The position numbers were made by a program, and so were the translations under genes. 64,000 nucleotides of DNA from Antechinus flavipes (Eukaryota): contig NC_067401.1 of assembly GCF_016432865.1 (NCBI RefSeq), positions 11,036,001-11,100,000 on the forward strand, written 5' to 3'. Every line of letters starts with the position of its first letter. Positions within the stretch are counted from its first letter, which is position 1. Under the pieces are notes generated by a model. It did no database searches and had not been told where the DNA came from. It saw nothing but the letters and a program-made list of their open reading frames with translations. Positions 1 through 9,900 of the stretch are shown here, one piece after another.

Positions 1-289
1 AGCTTGCCCATATTCCTTGGGGTCCTCTGAGTCTCCAAAGACCATCATTAGCTGAGGGAACCCATGAAATTGGCCGGGGATTCCCCAATCAGCTCTAGCT
101 TCCGTGTATACCTGCGGTATCCCTCAATAGGATAGAAGATCCCTGATGACAGGAGCAGTTCTATTTTTGTCTTCATGTGCTCAGATTATCACAAGATTTG
201 GCATACAGTAGGTGCTATATAAATGCATGTTGAGTTGAACCAAGTGGCTGTGAATAGATCAACGCCTATGACTTTAGGTCGCTAATATC

Positions 290-840
290 TGATTGATTTT
301 TGTTGCTGTTTGCTTGTTTTTTTCCTCTTATTTGTTTCCTTTTCGATAGGATTTTTCTTGTGCAGCATGCTAAGTGTGGAAATGAGTATAGTAGAATTGC
401 ACATATTTACACACACACACACATAGGATTATATTGGATTACTTGCTGTCTAAGGGAGGAAATGGGGGGAAGGGAGGTGAAAATTTTGGGACACAAGGTT
501 TTGCAAGGGTGAATGTTGAAAACTAACTGCCCTCTCTCTGAGGGCACAAGATCATTTAGAAAATAAAAAAATTAGTAAAAAAAAAATGACTGAAAAATAA
601 AAATATTCAACTAAAAAAGATAATATCTGGTTCTCTCTTCCTCAATCTTCTGATCTTCAGTAAAATGGGTATATTCAACATTCTGCAGGAAAACACGGAC
701 GGAGACAATATAAATCAACACATGCTACGTTTACTTTTATTTCTTTTTCTTCTGTTTCTTTTTCTCTCGTGGTTTTTCTTTTTTGTTCTGATTTTTCTCT
801 CCCAACGTGATTCATAAAGAAATATGTATTTAAAAAAAAG
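290..840 (+). mobile_element. Degraded L1-like 3'-UTR remnants
   Basis: T-rich tracts, the motif ggattacttgc...gggaggaaatgggggggaagggagg...acacaaggttttgcaagggtgaatgttgaaaacta and A-rich tails resemble marsupial L1 3' ends (from memory, no alignment run). Confidence 0.5.
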
Positions 841-968
841 AACACTGATCAAGGACCCTCCTCTTCATTATTAGACATTTATTGAGAACCTATTTTGTTC
901 ATGGAGGATTTAAACAAAGACGTCTGAGATTCAGTCGCCAATAGGGTTTTACTGCTTAGTTGGGAAGA

Positions 969-970
<2 letters not shown>

Positions 971-1016
<46 letters not shown>
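971..1016. repeat. (GT)23 microsatellite
   Basis: Perfect GT dinucleotide run read directly. Confidence 0.97.
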
Positions 1017-1020
<4 letters not shown>

Positions 1021-2739
1021 ATGACAGTAATAATAATAATAACAATGTTAAAGCTGTGTGAATCTTGGTCATGCTGAGCCTCAATTTCTTTATCTGTTGA
1101 ATGGGGACAATAATACCTCTGCTATTTCTTTCACAGGGTTAAAGGAGAACCAGGAGGGAACCCAGGGAGGAGAGAGAATCCAGAAGAAAAAAGTTTGTGA
1201 GAGTTTATCAGCCCTGTTTCCTCTAGGGACTTGGTGAGACCCCTGACCCCAAAGGAAGAGAATGCTGAGAAAGTGCCTGAATTTGGGAGACGGTGACATA
1301 GTGGAAAGAGAAGATGATGGTGGCGGTGGTTGCTCTGTATTTGGAGATTTGTAGAGCACTTTCTAGAAGGATACTATCCCTTTCTTCTTGTGGGCCTCAG
1401 TTTACTCCTCTGTCAAATGGGGAGTTGGGCTAGATAGCCTGTGAAGGCCCTTCCAGTTCACCAGTAAGTTTCCCACAATATTATAATCGAAACTCCCTGG
1501 GCCTGTTTCCTCCTCCCACGGCCCCTCCAACGCTGGGTCTCAGATAGCGGGAAAAGGTGGAGGGTCCTGGAAGCTCAACTCGGGAGACTTTTTGTGGTTA
1601 TTGTGGTTCTGGCCTCTCTGTGATATTGGGATAAATGGCTATTTATGTATACAGGGCTTCAGCGGTGACGAGCCCAGTCCCCCATTTAACAGAAACAGGC
1701 TCAGGGAGATGTCCCTTGCCACACTGATAGTAAGTACAGAGACGGGATTCAAAACCAGGTCAGCAAGAATTCTGTGGTACTACCCTGGCTGCTAAGCCAT
1801 TTCATCTGTCCAAGCCTCAGTTTTCCTATCTGTGAAATGGGGTGGGGGCAGGCTGGGCTCACACCACTGTCCCCCTCCCCCCCAGGTCACATAGACATGT
1901 GGTCTTTCCCAATAGAGGGTAAGCTTTTTCTCTGAACCTCTTCCCGGCTTGGGGGCCAGGAGACCCAGGGTTGATGGGGACAGCTGGAGCTGATGGGGGC
2001 AGCCGGAGAGGAGGGGGCAGGGGGAAGTTTGGGGGTGGGAGGGGCCCTGTTGGAAGGATTTCTGCAGCAAGGACGGGGAGCCCCCCAGACTCACTACAGC
2101 CTGTGCAGCCCAAAGGCCCTGGATTAGGAGGCACAAGCACCGGCGGGGCTGGGCCCAGTTTGCACCTCGCTCTGTATGTGCTGGGGTGAAGCCCTTCCCA
2201 CGCCTGGGCCCCAGCTTCCTCATGGGAAGGGCCCGTGGGGGCCCGAGCCTTCCAGCTGTGCCGAAGGGGCCTCCAGCCGCCAAGGTGGGCCGGGGGTGGG
2301 GCGGGGGCACCGGGGGAAGGCGAGGAGCCGGGAGAAGGGGACGTCCAGGATGGGAGGAGCAGCGATCACCGCAGAGATGGGAAGGGAGTGGCTCGTCCCA
2401 GTCTCAACTCAAGGTTAAGGGGTGGGTGGGACCCAGGCTTGGGGTACAGGGGCCTGGGGGCTTCAGAAGCAAGAGGGGGAACGGGGGGAGGAGAACAGGG
2501 CTCCGGGAGCCCGGCGCTGGCCAACCTCCCAACTGCGCTGCGGCAGGAGGAGCTGGGAGGGGGAGGGAAGGGTCCCAGGTGGGGGAGGGAGGAGGAAAAG
2601 GGGGAGGAGGAGGGTCCGGGAGAGGGAGTGAGCCACGCCTGCCTCCCGGCTGGGGTCTCCCCGGAGAATGGGGGCGGGGGCGGGGCCAGGCAGCATCCCG
2701 GGAGAGGGAGGAGGGAGAGGGAGGAGGGCGAGCGCGAGC

Positions 2740-2850
2740 GCTGCAGGAACAGAAAGGGAGAGAGAGGGACCGGGGCCAGGGAGTCGGAGCCGCCCCGCGG
2801 GAGAGCAGCTGCAGCCCGGAGAGAGAGCGGGCGGGCGGGCGGAGCACCAG
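2740..2850 (+). other. VWA5B2: Putative non-coding first exon of VWA5B2 (5' boundary uncertain)
   Basis: Donor-like CAG|GTGATG at 2850/2851 inside the CpG island; an acceptor ccccacag at 3928 precedes the ATG exon, so an upstream exon is implied. Confidence 0.3.
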
Positions 2851-2974
2851 GTGATGGGGCTGCGGACGGGGCTGGCCGGGGAAGGCCCGGGAGGCAGAAG
2901 GGGCAAGGCTGGCGAGGCAGGGCAAGCACGGAAATGGGAGCAGCCGCCCGGACTCCCCGCACCCGGGGCTTCTC

Positions 2975-3250
2975 TGCCGGGGTCTCCTGGCCGCGGAGCG
3001 GGGGAGGGGTGCTCCCATCAGTTCTGGGTCTCCTGGCCGCGTCCGCACTGTCTCCTCCCCGGGTCCCCCATCAGTTCTGGGTCTCCTGGCCGCTAAGCCG
3101 GGGAGAGCGTCCACACTTGTCTCCTCTCCGGATCTCCCCATCAGCTCTTGGCTGCGGAGCGCAGGAGGGGTGCCCCGTCAGCTCTGGGTCTCCTGGCCGC
3201 GGAGCGGGGGAGGGCGTCCACACTGTCTCCTGCCGGGTCCCCCATCGTGT
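2975..3250. repeat. Degenerate modular tandem repeat
   Basis: About 4 copies of (c)tgggtctcctggccgc, 3 of gtcc(a/g)cac(t)tgtctcct and 3-4 of ccc(a/g)tcag(t/c)tct, in shuffled order. Confidence 0.75.
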
Positions 3251-3527
3251 GCCGCGGGACAGCGCATCATTCCCCTGGAACCCCAGACCTGGTCGGCACC
3301 CACCCCCGCTTTCCCACTCAGGCAGCCCCCGAGGCAATAATGAAGGGAGCCGCCCCTCCCTCCTTTCCTTCCCTCCGCGCCCGGGCGGCGGGACCGGGGC
3401 TGTGAGCCTCCGCTTGGGAGGCCCGGAGGCCGGAGGACCAGGGCCGCTGTTTGTGGGCGCCTCCGTCCAGCCCCGGGCCAGTGTGGGCCGGTAACCTGCA
3501 GCCCCATTAATCCCCCCCCCCTTTCAG

Positions 3528-3559
3528 CATCTGGCGGCCGCCTGGGAGCCCCGAGGCAG
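3528..3559 (+). other. VWA5B2: Candidate 32-nt 5'UTR micro-exon of VWA5B2
   Basis: Branch-like cattaat, poly-C tract and tttcag acceptor (3527); CAG|GTAGGG donor (3559/3560). Confidence 0.3.
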
Positions 3560-3684
3560 GTAGGGGCAGGGCGGGGTTGGAGACCTGAAGGCGGTTGCAG
3601 GGGACACCCCCCCCCCCAGCCCTTCTGGCCATCCCTCCCTGCCCCCTCTCGCTAATCATTAACCCTGCGCGCCCTGGTTACCAG

Positions 3685-3715
3685 GAGATGTCTGGGGCCT
3701 CTCACCGTTCCCAAG
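3685..3715 (+). other. VWA5B2: Candidate 31-nt 5'UTR micro-exon of VWA5B2 containing an upstream ATG (3688)
   Basis: Branch-like gctaatc/cattaac, acceptor ttaccag (3684), strong donor AAG|GTAATG (3715/3716). Confidence 0.3.
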
Positions 3716-3958
3716 GTAATGGGGGAGCCCGGGGAAGCAGATGTTCCTCACCTGCCGCTGTTGCCGAGGCCTCCAGCCTATGGAAATGGTGAAAACACCT
3801 GGGCCCCACCTTCTGGCAACTTGGAGGATGTGGCTCCCCTCAGGCCGGGGGCCAGCTTCCCCACACAAACCCCTGACCAACTCCCCCCCAGCTCTGGGTG
3901 CACCCCTCACCATGCTTCCCCCCCACAGCCTCCCAGAGGGCCAGGCGGCAGGGGCACC

Positions 3959-6900
3959 ATGCCCGGCCTGTACTGTCCGGCCACCTGGACTCCTCTGCCC
4001 CTCAAGGACTCCTGGGTCCGGGCCTGTGCCAACGGCCCCTGCCTGGGCCTCCATGCCCGCCTCACCTACCACAACCCAGCACCAGAAGCCGTGGAAGGTG
4101 AGCCACGGTGTGGTGGCCAGAGCCGAATGGGGGGCTGGGCTGGGGAGGGTCCGGAGCCCGGCCCGGGGCGGCCTCCAGCGGCGCTCTCCCAACCACTCCA
4201 GGGGTGTTTGTGTATCCGCTGGCCGAGGCCGAGGCCGAAGTGGTGTCCGGCTTCGAGGCCGAGGCCGCCGGGAGGCGGGTCTCCCTCCAGCTGCAGAGTC
4301 GCCGCCGGAGCCCCAGCGAGCCCTGCTGCAGGGAGCTGCGTCCGGAGGCCGGCCTGCCCCGCCGCTGTGCCCAGGGTGAGGGCCGGAGAGGAACGGGCGC
4401 ACGGGGTGGGCGAATAACCAGAGCTGGGGACCCCAGGAGCAGACACAGAGCTGGGGATCCCAGAAGCAGACACAGAGCCGGGGACCCCAGGAGTAGACAC
4501 AGAGCTGGGGACCCCAGGAGCAGGCAGAGAGCTGGGGATCCCAGGAGCAGGCAGAGAGCCGGGGACCCCAGGAGTAGACACAGAGCTGGGGACCCCAGGA
4601 GCAGGCAGAGAGCCGGGGACCCAAGGAACAGACACAGAGCCGGGGACCCCAGGAGCAGGCACAGAGCCGGGGACCCCAGGAGCAGGCACAGAGCTGGGGA
4701 TCCCAGGAGCAGGCACAGAGCCGGGGACCCCAGGAGCAGGCAGAGAGCTGGGAACTCCAGGAGCAGGCAGAGAGCCGGGGACCCCAGGAGCAGGCACAGA
4801 GCCGGGGACCCCAGGAGTAGACACAGAGCTGGGGACCCCAGGAGCAGGCAGAGAGCTGGGGATCCCAGGAGCAGGCAGAGAGCCGGGGACCCCAGGAGTA
4901 GACACAGAGCTGGGGACCCCAGGAGCAGGCAGAGAGCCGGGGACCCAAGGAGCAGGCACAGAGCCGGGGACCCCAGGAGCAGGCACAGAGCCGGGGACCC
5001 CAGGAGCAGGCACAGAGCTGGGGATCCCAGGAGCAGGCACAGAGCCGGGGACCCCAGGAGCAGGCAGAGAGCTGGGAACTCCAGGAGCAGGCAGAGAGCC
5101 GGGGACCCCAGGAGCAGGCACAGAGCCGGGGACCCCAGGAGTAGACACAGAGCTGGGGACCCCAGGAGCAGCAGAGAGCCGGGGACCCCAGGAGCAGACA
5201 GCTGGGGATCCCAGGAGCAGGCAGAGAGCCGGGGACCCCAGGAGTAGACACAGAGCTGGGGACCCCAGGAGCAGGCAGAGAGCCGGGGACCCCAGGAGCA
5301 GGCACAGAGCTGGGAACTCCAGGAGCAGGCAGAGAGCCGGGGACCCCAGGAGCAGGCACAGAGCTGGGAACTCCAGGAGCAGGCAGAGAGCCGGGGACCC
5401 CAGGAGCAGGCACAGAGCCGGGGACCCCAGGAGCAGGCACAGAGCCGGGGACCCCAGGAGTAGACACAGAGCTGGGGACCCCAGGAGCAGGCAGAGAGCC
5501 GGGGACCCAAGGAGCAGGCACAGAGCCGGGGACCCCAGGAGCAGGCACAGAGCTGGGAACTCCAGGAGCAGGCAGAGAGCCGGGGACCCCAGGAGCAGAC
5601 ACAGAGCTGGGGATCCCAGGAGCAGGCAGAGAGCCGGGGACCCCAGGAGCAGGCACAGAGCCGGGGACCCCAGGAGCAGGCACAGAGCCGGGGACCCCAG
5701 GAGCAGGCACAGAGCTGGGGATCCCAGGAGCAGGCACAGAGCCGGGGACCCCAGGAGCAGACAGCTGGGGATCCCAGGAGCAGACACAGAGCCGGGGACC
5801 CCAGGAGCAGATACAGAGCCGGGGACCCCAGGAGCAGACAGCTGGGGATCCCAGGAGCAGACACACATGCAGAGAGTACACTTCAGAGAGCATTAGATGG
5901 AGTTGTTTTTCCTCTTCCTCATCTTTAAAATAACATGGGGTGGGATTAGACAATGTCAAAAGTCCCCTCCACTTGTGACGCCCTCGCCCCGGCTTCCTCT
6001 CCGGCCCGCTGGAAGCCTCCCAACGGACCCCTGGACACTCCCTTCTCCCTCCCCACTTCCCAGGGGCCCCTTCCTGCCCCTCAGCTGCCTGTGCCACTGA
6101 ATTCCTGATCTGACCCGAGCGGGTGGAGGGGGGAGTGTGGGGGACTTGGGGTCAGAGGCCGCAGGCAGCCCCAGCCCCCCAGCTCCTAGCCGCTGCTGAC
6201 CCGGGACCCCTTTATCCCTGGCCCACGGCCCCAGGTCACCTGGTTCTCGACCCAGCCCAGGCTCGCTCCACGCTGGTGCTGCCCACGGGCCTCATCGCCT
6301 CCGAGGGGACGGTCACCGTGTGGCTGAGGAGCAGCCGCGAGCTCCCCACGAGGCCGGACGGGGCCATCCGGGTGGCCCTGCCCTCCATCCTCACCCCCCT
6401 GGCCCAGTCCAGCCCAGCCAGACCCTCTGGCCTCTGTGACGACAGGTTGGGCCTATGGTGATTCTCCCCCCTTCCTTGCCGGGGCTTCTCTGGGCCTCCT
6501 GGGGCGAGGAGCCGGCCACGGCAGGGCCTTGTAGCCAGAGGGAGCGGAGGAAGGGGGGAGGGGAGCTGCGAAGGCCGGCCTGACTCCTTGGGGTGGGTCA
6601 CAGGGAGGGGAAGGGTCATAAGAGTGAGAAGGCCCCTCACCCCCTGCAGCCCCACCAGCTGCTTCGGGGTGGGCACCCCTGAGGAGGAGCCCCCCCTGCA
6701 AGACTCGGCAGCCCCCAGGGACATGTTCTGCGGCCCTGCCCGGTGCCCGGGGCCCTACACCTTCTCCTTCGAGATGCTGGTGACCGGACCGTGCCTCCTG
6801 GCGGGTGAGTGCTTCTCCTGGCTCTGGCCACCGGGGCAGGAGATCGGTCCCTGGGTTGGCGGGCAGCCGGGGCTCTCCGCGCTGGGGTCAGTGGGCAGCC

Positions 6901-9900
6901 GGGGCTCTCCGCGCTGGGGTCGGCGGGCAGCCGGGGCTCTCCGCGCTGGGGTCGGTAGGCAGCCGGGGCGCTCCGCGCTGGGGTCAGGGGGCAGCCGGGG
7001 CTCTCCGCGCTGGGGTCAGGGGGCAGCCGGGGCTCTCCGCGCTGGGGTCGGCGGGCAGCCGGGGCGCTCCGCGCTGGGGTCGGGGGGCAGCCGGGGCGCT
7101 CCGCGCTGGGGTCGGGGGGCAGCCGGGGCGCTCCGCGCTGGGGTCGGGGGGCAGCCGGGGCTCTCCGCGCTGGGGTCAGTGGGCAGCCGGGGCGCTCCGC
7201 GCTGGGGTCGGGGGGCAGCCGGGGCTCTCCGCGCTGGGGTCAGTGGGCAGCCGGGGCTCTCCGCGCTGGGGTCAGTGGGCAGCCAGGGCGCTCAGCGCTG
7301 GGCCAAGGCACCAGAATGGGGGAAGAAGTGAGGGAAACAGAAGAGCCCCTTGTCCCTTGAGAAGTCCCATGAAATGGGAGCATTTATTAAGCACCCACAC
7401 TGTACCAGCCACTAGCTACAAAACCAAAATGAGTCGCTGCTTTCAAGGAGCCTCCGCTCTATCAGGAGACGAGTAGGTACGGACGTAGATTTGACATGTG
7501 TCGTATGGACACAAATACACACATACATGTGATTTGTAAAGTGCTTATTAGACACCTACTATGTGCCAGGCCCTGCACTAAGCACTTTACGAATATGATC
7601 GCGTGAGATATTATTGTTCCCATTTTGCAGCTGAGGAAACAGGGGGAAAAAATGGAGATTAAGTGACTTGCCCAGGCTAGCAAATAGCAGGAGTGGGTTT
7701 GAACTCTGGCCTCCTGCCCTGATCCTTGATTGGGACGGACAGGAAAGGGCCAGGCAGGAGGAGGGTCGGGAGCCGGATCTTGAAGACCACAAGTACTTCT
7801 GACAGGTGGAGGGGAGGAGACCCCAGAGAGGGGACCCAGCCGAGGGCGGGACGGTTTGTCTGGACCAGAGAAGGGGAAAGTGTGTTCGATATAAGACTAG
7901 GAGTGGCGGGGCCGGGTTTGGGAGGATTTCAAATGCAGAGGAGTTTACTGGCTCCAGAGATCAGAGGGTGTTTGGTGAAGGGGAGGCCGCCATGGCCAGA
8001 CCTGCCTCTGCGTGGGTGGGTGGGCAGGGGACGGACCAACCTCACCCTCGAAGGGGCGAAAGTGCTCAGAGGGGGGCCAAGAAAGGAGTCAGCAGGAGAG
8101 GGTGGAACCAAGCTTCTTGGGAAGGGGCAGGGTCATGGGGAAGGGGGGCACTTAAGCGGTGGAGCCGCCCCTCAAGTTCCAAAGGCCACAGTCCGTAATC
8201 CCGCCCCCGGCACCCAAACAATGGGGGGAAATCGGCTCCTTGGGGGCGCAGGCCTCGGGGGCAGGCGCGGGAGAAAGCTGGATCTGAATGCTCCTGAGTC
8301 GGGGGCTCCGGCCCAGACGCTTACTAGCCACCCCACCTTTGAGCCTCAGTTTCCTCATCTGTGTAACTGGACTGTTTTCTAGATATGAAGGGCTTGGGGG
8401 GAGCCGCTGCCGGTGCGTTCTGTGACAGGCACAGGGAGGGGCAGAAAGTTTCCTCAGAGCCCAGCATCCTCCTGCTTCAGCATGGCCGGGGTCTCGCACA
8501 GAGCCAAGGGGGGGGGGTCGCTCGCTGGGCGGTGCCCCCTGCCAGCCACGGCACTGGGGGGCCGCCAGCTCGTCGGGGGAGGGCAAAGTCTCTGTTAGTA
8601 GAGGAGGTGCTCGTGGGAGCAGCAACAGGAGACTCTCAGAAGCTGAGAGTAAACAGGCTGCGGCTGCCCTCAGAGGGCTTCCAGCCGGCCCCAGTGGGCA
8701 ACGCCTTTGCCCGGGGCCTCGGCTTCTTTGGTCTCTCCCCAACTCGGGGTCACCAGTGCAGGGAAGCAGCAGATTCCTCCTCCACCTCCAGCCCTTCCCG
8801 TCCCCTTTCGCCTTCCTTCCCTCAGGCCTGGAGAGTCCCTCCCATGCCCTCCGAGCAGACGCCCCGCCTCATGCCAGTTCTGCCGCCACCATCTGCATCA
8901 CCCTGGCTGAGGGGCACCCCTGTGACCGGGCCCTGGAAATCCTGCTGCACCCCAGCGGTGAGGGCCGGGCGGGGGTCATCTCTATCTGCAGTCGGGGGGG
9001 GTCATCATGAGGCCCTGGTGGGCAACCTCCCAAACTGCCTCCCCCAGAGCCCCACAGGCCCCACCTGATGCTGGAGGCGGGCGGTCTGAGCGCGGCCCAG
9101 TACGAGGCCCGAGTGAGGAGCCGCAGGGACTTCCAGCGTCTCCTCCGAAAAGACAGTGATGGGGACCGCCAGGTGAGGGGGGTCGGGGGTAACGGCCACC
9201 TAGGGGAGGGGGCAGGGAAGGTGGCCGGGGAGGTGAGGGTGGGGGAGCTTCAGAATCCTGAAGGGGAGAGAGACAATATGGGGCCGGTCCCGTCCCCGGA
9301 GGCGCAGGAAGTGGGTCACACACAGAGCACCCTAGAAACGTGGCCTCGCTTTGTCGGTGACATAGGGGAGCATCCCCGGGGGCTCATGGGGGAGGGAGCC
9401 GAGCTGGGAGGGGGCGCTCCCTTGAGCTGAGGGGGTCACAGACTGAGGTGCTCGTGTCATTCACAAATGAGGAAACCGAGGGCCTGCTTTGGGTCACCTG
9501 ATCGGTGTCACACGTGGGATCTGAACCCTGCTCTCCGGCCCCCATCCACGGCCCCGCCCACCAGTTCCCCCATCTCAGAAAGCCCCAAAGGGGGAGTTAT
9601 TCCAGAGCAGTAATTCCGGCCGGCCGAGCGATTGGTGAGATGCTCAGGCAAAGCCCTCTGGGAACTCCTTCCGGTCTCTGGGCAGCCAGTTAGGGGTCCT
9701 GGCCAGGCTTCCCTGGGCACGACTCAGGGCGGCCGTCTGCTGTCCAGGTGTGGTTCCTGCAGCGCCGATTCCACAAGGACATCCTCCTGAACCCGGTGCT
9801 GGTGCTGAGCTTCTGCCCGGATCTCAGCACGGGGTCCCCGGACCCGGCCTCCGCCACCAGGGAGTGTCTCTTCTTGGTGGACAGCCATGGGGCCGCTTAC

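Larger units (their letters stand above)
2180..4420 (+). promoter_or_regulatory. CpG island / promoter and 5' region of VWA5B2
   Basis: Very GC- and CpG-rich stretch with GGGCGG boxes directly upstream of and overlapping the first coding exons. Confidence 0.7.

Noticed and set aside
1792-3507. Overlapping ORFs up to 419 aa upstream of VWA5B2
   Set aside because: Stop-poor CpG-island sequence with low-complexity G/R/P/A translations in all frames and no recognisable domain.
4420-5865. CRISPR-like regular repeat array
   Set aside because: Units are contiguous with no unique spacers, there are no cas genes and the context is mammalian.
3659-6097. Very long ORFs on both strands (812, 600, 600 and 379 aa) with repeating peptides such as LLLGSPALC, PAPGVPGSV and RAGDPRSRH
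   Set aside because: They are translations of the 27-bp intronic minisatellite (period divisible by 3, few stops) within a clean GT-AG intron of VWA5B2.
6588-7476. 247-aa and 223-aa Gly/Arg-rich ORFs
   Set aside because: They run from exon 4 into the 32-bp VNTR; only 6650-6804 is coding.
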